The position numbers and the translations under genes are program-made. Positions 1-11,267 of a stretch of 64,000 nt of DNA are shown here, one piece after another. This stretch comes from Lama guanicoe. Lineage: Eukaryota. The stretch spans positions 23,808,795 through 23,872,794 of the forward strand of contig MU054187.1 of NCBI GenBank assembly GCA_013239625.1. Direction: 5' to 3'. The first letter of the stretch is position 1; every line of letters starts with the position of its first letter. The notes beneath the pieces are model-generated. The model did no database searches and was not told the DNA's origin. It saw only the letters and a list, made by a program, of their open reading frames with translations.

Positions 1-289
1 TTTCTCTACATCTTCATCAAGACAGCCTATAAGGCTATGTTGAACATTGCACAATGTTTACAAGTACAAAACATACTGAACATGTGTCAGGCATTTACAA
101 ACCCTGCAACCGTGGAGCAGTCCTCCAGCATCGTATAGAACAGTGCGTCTGCCTCCTGAAATGTTCTGACTACTGGTGGTAATTTCTTTACAAGTGAAAA
201 CTAGTCCCCTCCGTTCTCAGAATACTTGTAATCCAAGCACTTCGCATCTCCACGTCTTCGTTTGTGCTCTTAGACTGTTTAACTAGTTT

Positions 290-545
290 CAGGTTTCAGC
301 TCAGATGTCATCTGTTCCACGAATCCTTCCTTGACTGTCTCAGTCAGTATTAATCACTTACTACCTCTGTACTTTCATAGCACTTTGTTTTCATCTGTTA
401 TATCAGGCATCACAGTCTGAATTGTGTTATTGATGTAAACGTGTTTGTATTTTCTAGTAGACTCTGATATCTTACTTCTGTTTGTGTGGTTCTGTTTTCA
501 GTCAAGGATCTTAAATAAAGTATGCTTCCTATTAATGTTAATTGG
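290..545 (+). mobile_element. Degraded L2 LINE 3' end
   Basis: 'cagctcagatgtcatctgttccacgaatccttccttgac' and 'tagactctga' resemble the L2a 3' region; highly diverged. Confidence 0.4.
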
Positions 546-1148
546 GTTGAATTTTAGGCATTCATGAAATGCGACTTTCAGTAAAGCTTTTGTATAATTT
601 CATCCAGATAGTTCAATTTAAAAAAAAAAGTAGAACTCTTACAATTCATATACTTTATATTTACTTACTCCTTTATAGTTTAGAAGTACTTCTATAATAA
701 ATATACATGTGCAAATGTAAGAGTCCAGCAAAAAAATTCCAGCTGCTAAAGGCAGAGCAGATGACATGCAATTTGACCTGGGAAGGAAACCCAAAGCACA
801 ACTCTTCCAAAAAATGGGGAATGCTGTTTTTCACGGAGTACTCAGAATATAAGCTGTTCTCTTCCTATCTAAAGAGAGAGAGAGGGAGAGAGATCTCTAC
901 ACGAGAAAAGAGAAGTCAGTATTTGCATTTCCATCAACCTTAGGAAGCCGCCTTGCTAAGTTTACAACGGAAGAGAATCGAATCGCACTTCAGAAGTCTC
1001 TGCATTTTTACAGAGGTGTGAAGTAGCAAAGAAAACCAGAAATAGAGCATCATTCTCAATTTATGCTCTGAAAGGTAAGCTCTAAGAGCTCATAGATGTG
1101 CTTCAGAACTTCCCAAGGGAAAGGGAGAGGAAAGGGGTAGGAGTCCAG

Positions 1149-1151
<3 letters not shown>

Positions 1152-1221
<70 letters not shown>
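1152..1221. repeat. Compound microsatellite (TC)16(AC)19
   Basis: Directly visible perfect dinucleotide arrays. Confidence 0.97.
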
Positions 1222-1224
<3 letters not shown>

Positions 1225-1387
1225 CTACTTCCGATTTTGCAATTTTCTTCTAAGTATGTTGATCTCCTTCTTAAAATACATTTGAAGAAATGGTTCCTTG
1301 ACTAAAATGAACAATTTTGAAAGCCATTGACCCAAGGGCAATGAAAATAAAATAAACAAATTCTTAAGTAAGTTTTAAGTTATCACT

Positions 1388-1760
1388 GCAGTTCCCTAGA
1401 AAGCAAAGTTTAAGCAAAGATTAACATGCTGAAGCTTTATTAGAGAGAATGTTAGAGAGAATCAGAGGAAAGTAAAGCTGGGAAAGATACAAAACAGTGG
1501 GAAGCATGACTCACTTCACAAGAAGCCACAAAAAGATACAGCAGGTCCCTCAGGAAGGGGGATCATTGGTTTACTGGATGATTTCCTGGAAACAACAAAA
1601 GGCTGGAGAACTTACCTGCTGGCTCTCTCCCTTCACACACAGTCCACTGACTACGTCTCATCCTGCAGAAACCTCACTCACCGCATCTCCAACTTGCATC
1701 ATCAGGTCCCCTTGAGGCCACTCAGAAAGGCAGTTCCCACACATTTCTTTCAAGCCTAGA
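1388..1760 (-). mobile_element. Ancient ERVL-type LTR relic (LTR16/LTR33-like)
   Basis: 'gttccctagaaagcaaagtttaagcaaagattaacatgctgaagctttattagagag' resembles the reverse-strand terminus of LTR16-class elements. Confidence 0.35.
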
Positions 1761-1939
1761 TGTGAAGAGGCAACATAGCAAAAGTTAAACTTCAACCAAA
1801 AAGAAATAAAGAAGATATTTGTGGAACTTCGGGGAAGAGCACAAGATCTGTGTCCAAGTTTTTTAAGAAACTTTCAATTGTAGAAGTGAATAGCCTTACT
1901 TGAATAAGCACCAAGAACCACAAAACTTAGATTGGCTTT

Positions 1940-2402
1940 TGTCAGCTGAAATAAATGCGCAGCCTAAACATTGAGAGTTATGTTTTATTTGATGGGATGA
2001 CAGCCTCCCAGATCTCCCTGAGGGACTGCTCCCAAGAATTAGGGGAGGAGCTAGGATACATAGGAGCTTTACAACAGAGACCAGGTAGTTGGAACAATGA
2101 AAGATTACTTGTTATCTAAAGAGAACAGGCAACTCAAGTTGAAGAATTTAGCACTTTTCTATGTATGGGAGGAAGCAAACATTTGGGCTCATTGAATTCA
2201 TTCCTTTGACAAGCACCTGGCTATCCAGGGCCAGTGTCCTGTCCTTTCTTGTTCTGAGTCCCCTCAGGGGGCACCACTGTGAGTGGCCGCAGAGGCCCGG
2301 CTGCAGGCTTGTCTTCACTGGGGGGTGGCGGCAGCTGCTGATAACTTGATGGCTTCAACATTCTTTGTTTACTGATGTGGTTTGCGGTATTTTTTGTTCA
2401 CA
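1940..2402 (-). mobile_element. ERV1 solo LTR, MER41-like (cetartiodactyl type)
   Basis: TG...CA termini (tgtcagctg ... ttcaca), 463 bp, near-TSD cttt/cgtt, AATAAA on the minus strand near 1985; body resembles MER41_BT-type LTRs. Confidence 0.85.
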
Positions 2403-3299
2403 CGTTGTATAGACAGATGTCATAGAAGAAATACAGATCAGTGAAAGCCACAATAGGAGGCATGGAGATACAAGAATACTACATTAAATGGGAGTGGGGA
2501 AAGTTTGGCTTCTCTGGAGTACGGGAAGTATCATTTGTGGTTGTAGCTTGTTTTTATTAGGCTGTATCTAGGAAAGGTAAAACATTCTTCCATGTTATAA
2601 GTTACTAAGGTTCGTATAAGGCTAATGCAAAGCCATTCTGCCTGGGGTTTACTTAAAGCTCTAACTGAAAAAAGAATGGTCTTTGGTAGTGAAACAAGAT
2701 TCAGTAATGTACTAAATGATGTGCTAAGTATAAAGGATTCAAGTATGAAAAATTTTTAATCCTTACCCATTAGTTTTAAAGCCCCATGTGACAGTTCACA
2801 CAGAAATATGCCTGTCCACCCATCTCACTCCCATATACTGGCTCACACGTAGTCGCTATTAATGGTTTAAAGACAGGCCAGCATGAATCCAATTCTGATT
2901 TTTTCTTTTTGAGTGTTCTATCCAACTCTGCACTACTCGTTTTTATTTTTCAAATTAATAAAATGGTGATTGCAGTACACCAAGCATGGTGCTATAAAAA
3001 TAAATTTATAAAGAGTTTATAGTAGAATCTATCACAGCATGTAATGGATGATAAGTATTATTACTTAATGTTACTTAATACCATTATCACCCTCATTTCT
3101 ATAATCATTTTTATGCTTATGTTAAATATTTAAAGCTCTGTATATAGTTAATTCCTTGTGGGAGTTTTATTCTACTCAACTAATAACTGGAAATGGAAAA
3201 ATAAAAAGAAAATTTCCAGGTATTCCTCCCAGGTAAGAGAAATTTCTGAACTGGATGGATCCAAGCAATATTTACAGTCACAATTCTTCGCTCTTGGTG

Positions 3300-3545
3300 C
3301 TAGCTGCTCATTTACTAACACTCAACATAGGCTGGAGACCAAACAACGTCTCTCCATTCTTCATGGTTCATTTTCACATATACCATATATTGTAATTCTT
3401 GCAAGGGTATGTGAAGTGGGTAGACCAGTTATCGCTACCTTCTTTTACTAAAGAACTGAAACTCAGAGAGACTGACTTGAATTATGTCTAACAGTTACAC
3501 TTGTTGGCAAACTCAGATTTTAAAATCAGTGTCTGGAGCTTGCAG
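3300..3545 (-). mobile_element. MIR SINE
   Basis: MIR core on the reverse strand: 'cttttactaaagaactgaaactcagagagactgacttg'. Confidence 0.55.
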
Positions 3546-5429
3546 TATAGTGCACTTTTTCAAATGCAGAATATAAAAGGTTTAAATGAAAAGTATAATT
3601 AGTCAGCATTTCTGAAATTATGGGGTAGTTGTTATTCAAAAAAATAAACTACTGCCCTGTTAGAACACTGCTATTGGAGACCCAGAATTCTATACTTTTA
3701 AGTTTTATATAATAAGTCTATTTTGACAGTCATTTGCTAGATGCTATAGGGAGGTAATCAAAAGCAAAAAGTAAAATTTTTCTGTAAATATACTTGTCAG
3801 CAATTCAGGGAAACAATTTAAAACTAGCTCTTCAAGTTCAGTAAATTAAATTCTGATGTAATGACCTCTCTGCTTCCTTGTTCCTAAATCCATCAAATTA
3901 AGTCCTAAATACAAGCACAGATAGACCTGGCTCAGGCCATGGGTTCAATATAATTTCTTATACAAAGAAGTAAAAAAGAACAGCAAATTCAGCAATACTA
4001 TGATTTAGCACAGTTACATTTTTATTCTTAGTTTGTCTCTGACCTTTTACTTCAGTTAAATTACTCTGTTCCTATTTTTACTAATTCATTTCAATAAACA
4101 TCTATAGTAAATCTATCCTCTGACAAATTTTCTGCTGGATTCTAATATCCATCCCTAAATTCCAAAACTTTCTTCTTGCCAGATCTCCATAGGTTTAGGG
4201 CCCCTTCCCCTGAATTCTGGTTCCTACAACTTTCTTCTGGGATTTGATATGTATATTTGCAAGTTGTTCCATTTAAGATATAAATTCTATTTTAGACATT
4301 TTGCTAATTTTGATGTAAATGCTAAGATTACCATTCTCATTCCACTGATGTCTGAGTCTACAATGTGCTCATATGACTGCCCTTGTCATCGAATTTTGAA
4401 CTTCCTGTCTTTTAGTGATTTATGTGCCTGAACTAGTAAATCACCTTCCACCATAGCTATTTGATACTACGTATCTCTGAAAATCGTTGTTTTCTCTTTT
4501 TATATATTTCACTTGGTAATTTGTAAGAGCTGAATTATCTGGGCAAATGAAGGCTAAGTAAAAATGAATATAGGAGTATATGTAGCTGATTTTACAACCA
4601 TACCAGAGTGGTTTGCTACGTAGACCCCACGGAGGGAACTTATAAGGCATGTTTATCAAATGTGTACTTAAAGTTAAAAGAAACAGTAGTTGTGTTAAAT
4701 AGTGACATTATACTTTTAAAAAATCTTAGTATAGTTATAATGATAGGTATCACTAATGCTTTTTTAAAAGTAATCATACAGCTTAAAAAGAAAAAAAATA
4801 AAAATAATAGTAATTTCTTTATTAGAAATGTTTAAATAGATGGCTAGGTGGTAAGAATCTAGTAGAAAGCCATCATTTATTGGAAAGGAGACCAGCCAGG
4901 ATGACTTTCACCAGCCAAGTGCTTTCAGTCTCTAACTGATGGGAGTCTTGTACCAGTCAGATGTGAACAGTATTGTAGTCATGAGCCCAGTGGGACTAGA
5001 ACATGTGTTCCTCTTATCACACTGTTTTCCGATTACAGTTGCTTTGATTTCTCTGCATATAAAGTTGAATGATCTATCTGAAGAGCCATCAACTCACTGC
5101 TTTGCTGTTCACAATTCACCAATAGAATTCACTTTAAATAGACACACAGAACCACAACAATAAAAAATGGCCCATATTATGCTATCAGATATTTTTCCAA
5201 AATATCATATTCTGACTCAAATGTACTTTCTTAGTCATCTTATTTCTAACAAGATAAATACATTGTTGAGTTTGGAAGTCCTGAATACAGAAAATATTTA
5301 TATAAGTAAATATGCTGTACCAGATACTGAAAAAAGCAATCCAAAGGTAGCAATGAAAAAACAGAAGATGAGTGAATTAGTGATATACAGTATGGTGAGA
5401 AAATGAAGTAAACTGCCACATAAAGGTTA

Positions 5430-6850
5430 AATGCCACCTGCTGTGATTCTCTTGTCAGGAGACCTACTGGATAACTGTCCACTCCTTTCTACTTGGCCTG
5501 GGGAGAGTTCCAGCTGATGGCAATTTCCCCAGTGGCCATGTGGTTTTTCCAGTAATGATTAATCTTTACAGTCACAGAACGGTATTATATTTCCATTGGG
5601 AAGTAAAGGTATGACTATAGGACTCACCTGGGAAACCCTGATCAAAGGAGTTTTCTCTCAAACTAAGTCTGTCTTCATTTTTACCACCTTAAGAAGTGTG
5701 GATTCTCCCAGGAATTTTGACTAACTTTTTTCATCAGAAAGTGGATGTATTGAAATCTAAATAATCTTCCCAACTAAATTTTTGGAAGAGATGCCTCCAT
5801 AGATATAGGAAAATATTCTTAGAAATAAATACTTTGAGCAAAAACCTTTCTTTCTATCATACTATCGGTATTTTCCACCTCTACCATCTTTGGTCCAGGG
5901 TGAAAAAGCAAGTTAAACTAATCAATTATCTTGTCAGCCACACTCACCATTTTACTATCAGTATTTCTTCCCTCTGATTGGACCCCCTGCCCCTGTTTTA
6001 CTCCCAAACTCTTCTATTTTGAACAAACTAATCTGCCTTCAGGATCAAAATTATTGCCTTCATCTTTTGACCCAACAAAGATCTAGTTCTCTGCAATAAA
6101 TGCCTTTAGTTCTGTTACCTTTTAGAGTGGAAACAAGTCAGTCTCACATGACTATACCTCAGGGCCAGGGGTAATGGCTGGTTCTCCTGGTGTTAAATCA
6201 GCAGTATTTCTTCTTCATTTAAAGAGCACCACTTAATTGCGATTCACAAACTACCTCTTGGGTGAATTCTAAAACTTCCTTTAACCATTGGATATAATCT
6301 TTGGATTATTTTTTTCCCACGTACTGAAGAGTGAAGTGAGTCTCCATTTTTAAACTCTTTGATGCCAATTCTGACTATGATTAGGGAAACAGTTCAACGT
6401 CCATGTTGACTACCACCGCTGTAAAGATCTACTCAGTCTTAAGACTGTACCCTAGACTCTCCATTTCAATAGCTCGCTTCATAGACACACCAGGGGAGTT
6501 AGAGACACTGGGGGATTTTCCAGTTTTCTCTCTTAATCTGTGAAATCAAGAATAGATACATTTCTCTAGCTGATTCTCAAATCATTACTGCAGCTGACTC
6601 CTGCTTGAGGAAACCATAATAGCCTACAGACTGATGACCGTATAAATTCTTCATCTCTAACCTAGCTTAGCTATCACTAGACCTAACCCTGGTGAACTGA
6701 ACATTTTAAGAGATTTTTGGCTAGCTCTCTCTTACAGAGCATTTGTTCCAAGCCTTCTCAAATCCCCCATTTCCCTAATCAGCTGTCCCATTTCTCTTAG
6801 CATTTCCTGATATAAAATTATGAAAAACATTGATATATTCAGGAGTAAAA
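5430..6850 (-). mobile_element. Possible very degraded LTR-retrotransposon internal region (Gypsy/MamGyp-like gag-pro)
   Basis: Hand translation of the minus strand gives broken motifs in gag-pro order (see findings); many stops and frameshifts. Confidence 0.3.
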
Positions 6851-8131
6851 ATTACTCAGGTTTTAAAAGCAAGAAGCCTTAGAAAAGGGATCCCACCAGA
6901 ATTCAAGGACTGCTTTCCTGAGGAAATGCTGGCCTGTGTATCATGCTTGGACAGTACATTGGACAGGGGAATGGCAAGCAGTCATACCTGAGTGGAATAT
7001 AATTCATATGGTACCATCTGGCAGGAGAAAAGGATGGAAAGGTGGGCTGGAAACAAACAGAATAAATCTCAGCTTGATGTTTTCACCATATACGCCTTTC
7101 ACAAAGGTACATATTCTCTTGTCGAACTTCCAGCTATCCATATAAGCAAAGTAAATTTATTCAAATCTAAAGAATATTGGATTAACAGCATGGCTATTTT
7201 AGTAACAGGGAACACTAGGAACTGTCAAAACAAAAATTATCAGTTTACAAAGGGAAAGAGAGAAAAAAAGGAGGTATTTAACAGTTATATTATTTGAAGC
7301 CCTTTCAAAGTGGTTATTCGTTTAGAAGGTCAGTTTGCAGATTTACTGGGAAAATGGAACCAACTAAGAAAACGGCAGGCCGAGAGGCGATTACACACTG
7401 AACGTTAGCACAGGGTTCCCGCCAGCAGGGCACTGATGAGCCTCTGAATAGAAAGGGATTAGGAAGTGATTTCCCCCTGCTAAGTGGTAGCAGAGGTAAG
7501 CCAGATCGTATGATTTGGAACTGAGCTTCATGAATAGCATGTTTTTTTAAGGCTTAATGATTTCTTCTTTTGTTAATGCTGTTTTACTAAGGCCTGCACT
7601 GCTATTTAGTGATTTCTTTAAATAAAGCTTCTAAAAGAATCTTTTAGATTATATTCCATTTGAAATGAAATTAATTGAGTAGATAATCAAATTAGGAAAC
7701 ACATTATTAGAACCACATGTTGAAGTACAATTGTGTTTCTCTTCTGCTTTCAGAATGTATTACTTCCTGTGAAGAAATAAAAGAAAGTAAAATGGACAGA
7801 AAAACGATACATTAACTAGGTTATTTTAATATAGGGTACCTAACAAAATTATTTTGCAACAGTAAGATAAAAAAAAATAGTTTGATCAATAGATGAAGAC
7901 CTAATGCTTGGCAATGCGATGTGTGTCAGGAAAGAAAGATTATAGTCAAGACATTCTGTTACAGAGTTAGCTGATACAAAGAGGCTTATTCACATAGAAA
8001 CATTTTAAACTGAAATGGTACTAGTGAGATTTGCCATGGCATGTATTGTCTTACTCTCTCTACCAATGGCAAAAAAAAGTATAATATTTAAGAAATCTTG
8101 GAATAAATTAATGCTTTTATTTTTCAAATAG

Positions 8132-8516
8132 TTTAGCAGACACCTGTTGTTTTGCCTACTCAGAATTCATTCATCTTCCTCTTGCTAAGTGCACCCCAAT
8201 TTTCTTTGAAGCTCCAGACCTTATCAACTGTTAGTCCATGAGGTCTAGGCGACATTGGTTCCAGGAATGATCATGGAATTTAAGGCTGGCTAATTAGAGG
8301 ATTTCATTCTTGTAGTTGTGGTGATTAGATCAAAGATCTGTGGGAGAAACCATCACATGATTCAAAACCAATGATGTTCAATTTATGGACCGATTTAGCA
8401 GAAGAGCAAGATTCAGACATGCCTGAAGTAAGAAAATATAAGCTGATACTTCTTTGTTTAAGCCAATTTGAGCTGAGTGGCTGTCCTTTCTGAAAGAGAG
8501 ATACTCTACCAATACA
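8132..8516 (+). mobile_element. MaLR LTR (MLT1K/L-like)
   Basis: Starts 'tagcagacacctgttgttttgcctactcagaattcattc'; ends 'tttaagccaatttgagctgag...aataca', typical MLT1 ends. Confidence 0.7.
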
Positions 8517-9849
8517 TATGACTTCATGGAGAAATTCCTTGATGCACTGTAGTGTTTCAAATTTTTATGCTTTTAAAGGGGGAATAGGCCCATCCCCCTC
8601 ACCTATTTCTCTCATGGCACTCTTTCTTGGTTCTCACTAAATAGAAGAATATTTAGGGTAATGGCTATGCCCTTTTATAATGCATCATTTATGAAGTTGA
8701 ATAGTATATAAGTAAAAAGATAATATCTCAACCAGTGTTGATTTTAAAACTGACCATTTGGTGCAATTCATCTGTGTTTGTCCTAATGTTAGTGTCTGTC
8801 CCCTTCTCCTGCTTCAAACTTCATTTACTTCATTTACTTAACAACATGATTCAAACTATAATCAAAGCTTTCAAGAACAATTATACCAGATGCATGTCAT
8901 ATCATATTGCAAAATTTATCAAATCATTCCTAAGATTATAGTAAATGAATGTAGAAAGGCTCATGATTCAACTGTAAAAAAAAAAAGTGAATGGATAATA
9001 TGCAACGTTGAACTAACTACAGAATCAAACCACAGGTGATTTTCTTAGTACAGGCACAGAAATTAAACACAGAACAAACAAACAAGCAAACCTGTAACAT
9101 TTGTAAAATATTTGAGAATAGAATCCACCACCATTGACCTAAGCAAAGTCATTACGTGGTTCCATTCTAATATCTCATATGGATCTTAAATATCCAAGTA
9201 TCACATTGAGTAATGACAAGGAGAAACAAGAGAATACAGGGGCCAGAATGAAACTAACTTAAAACACTTGAACAATTTTTTTTAATCTACTTTTAAATCT
9301 CTTGGCTAACTTAGAAGAAAAGGAAATTGATCTCTTTTTCAAATAGTTTGGTCTTCAGACAAGGCTTAAGTGATTTTCCACAAGATACAAAGTGGTGAAA
9401 GAAACCCTTTTAAAAAAGGACTACTCAGCCTTGACTTGATCTTTCTTCAAATCGTTGGAGAAATAACGTGCTACATTCCCATTAAAACATACTTGAAAGA
9501 CAGTAAGCTTCCTGCTAAGTCTTTCAATTAGCAATTGAACTTTCAGAATCAGACCTAGAGTCCTCCTCCCGTAATGGTGTGCATGTTTTTCAGTTTTATT
9601 ACCACCATCATCATGCCATCATTAAGTGATAGAATTTAGTTTCATAATTCTCACTAATATTAATGAAAGTCCTAGTAAACATGATTTTCTCCTTATCTGA
9701 TTTAATTAAATGATACTATAGAGTTATTAGCTATACAGAGTTAAACTAAATATTAGCTACTATTACTGTTTTATTTTTGGTCTTTTTTGACTAGTGTAGT
9801 AAAGTAAATATAATATAGCTTATATGTTTTAGTAGAAAATAAAATAGAC

Positions 9850-10060
9850 AGTGATTAAGAGCCTAAGATTCTGACTCCCTGGGATCTGAATCTTGGCTGT
9901 AACTTTGGACAAGTTACTTAATGCCTTTTAATCTTATTTTCTCAACTACAAAATGGTAACAATAAGCATTAGTATTTACCTGGTTTAAGGTCAAATCCAA
10001 CCGAAGAATCTAGCAAAATGTCTGATCTTAGTAAGCATGAATATTAATGAAATAATAACT
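9850..10060 (+). mobile_element. MIR SINE
   Basis: 'gtgattaagagc...tgaatcttggctgtaactttggacaagttacttaa...tctcaactacaaaatgg'. Confidence 0.7.
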
Positions 10061-10107
10061 TTTCTATAAGCTATTATATTTTAATGAATATGAAATGCTC
10101 AAAAATG

Positions 10108-10564
10108 TGTCAACTGAAATAAAACACACCATTTAAAAGCTGTGAGTTGAGTTTATCCAGCGTCTTACTGGGGACTTTGGCCCAGAGATAGCGTCTCCGA
10201 AAGCTCTGAGAAACTGTTATGAGGAGGTAAGTGGGAGGTTGGCGTATATGTGATTTTGGTGAAGGGTGTACATTGCAATCAAGGACACATCTCAGTAGAA
10301 GGTTGCTGCTGGTCATGAAGAAAAGATGTTAATGGCTTTAGTGCTTCTCTAGGTATGAGAGGATGAAAGGATTTACATTCATAAAATTTTCTCCTGAAGA
10401 TACCTTACTCTCTGAAAGTCTGTCCTCTTAGCTTTCCTAGAGCATAGTGTTTCAGTTCTGATCTCCACCTGAATTCCTTTTAGGGTGTGTTGAAGGCCAG
10501 CAACCGAGTGGCTCATGACTCAATCCTTGTAGACCAGATGGCAAATGATGTTCTTTAGTTGGCA
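10108..10564 (-). mobile_element. ERV1 solo LTR (MER4/MER41-group-like)
   Basis: TG...CA termini (tgtcaactg ... ttggca), 457 bp, near-TSD aatg/agtg; terminus nearly identical to that of the LTR at 1940. Confidence 0.8.
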
Positions 10565-11267
10565 AGTGTTTTGACAGATTAACTTTGGATTTAGCACTTC
10601 TTAAAGGTTTTATTTGGTTTTGTTAAAAAAAAAAAAAGACAAACAAGATTTGAAAACTTCAGTCTTTAATTTCTTTTCTTCTTTTTATTTTCTTCAGGAA
10701 TTTAACCTTAGCAACAGGAGAAAGTCTACTCTCCATACAAAAATAGAAGTAGAAGATGGACTCTATCACCTTTTTGTATGTAAAAGGTTCTTTCCTAAAG
10801 AGTGGTAAATGAATGTTCTCCATAGTCTCAGAAAGCTGTAGAAACCTAGGTTGAAATAAATACTGGATGAACAATTTACTGAGTGAAAGAAACTATTTGT
10901 GATAAGGAGTTTTACCGTGTATTAAAATGAAGCCTAGAACACTCTGCCTGAGGTTAGAATGACAGGAAAGGACCGCAACCCACACATGCCATTTGACTAT
11001 GTAATTAAAGGGAGGGTTTTCGGTTAGTGTGCTCTGAGACATATGAACTGTTGACAACCAAATGTGTCGTTTGGTGTTATTTTCATATGTTATTTTCATA
11101 TGATGCTTTAAAATATTTGCCTGTGATAATATGATTCCCTAATACTTGTAATAATAGTTTTAGAGCACGAAACATATAATTATTTACTTGCCTACCAAGT
11201 CCACATATAATTCCTGAGAACAGGAAATGATGATTTGTCTTACCGCCCTTATTTGCCCCTAAGCATT

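Noticed and set aside
1940..10564. Two similar LTRs 7.7 kb apart as ends of one provirus
   Set aside because: The LTR bodies differ, each has its own near-TSD, and the interval holds older MIR and MLT1 relics rather than ERV1 gag-pol-env
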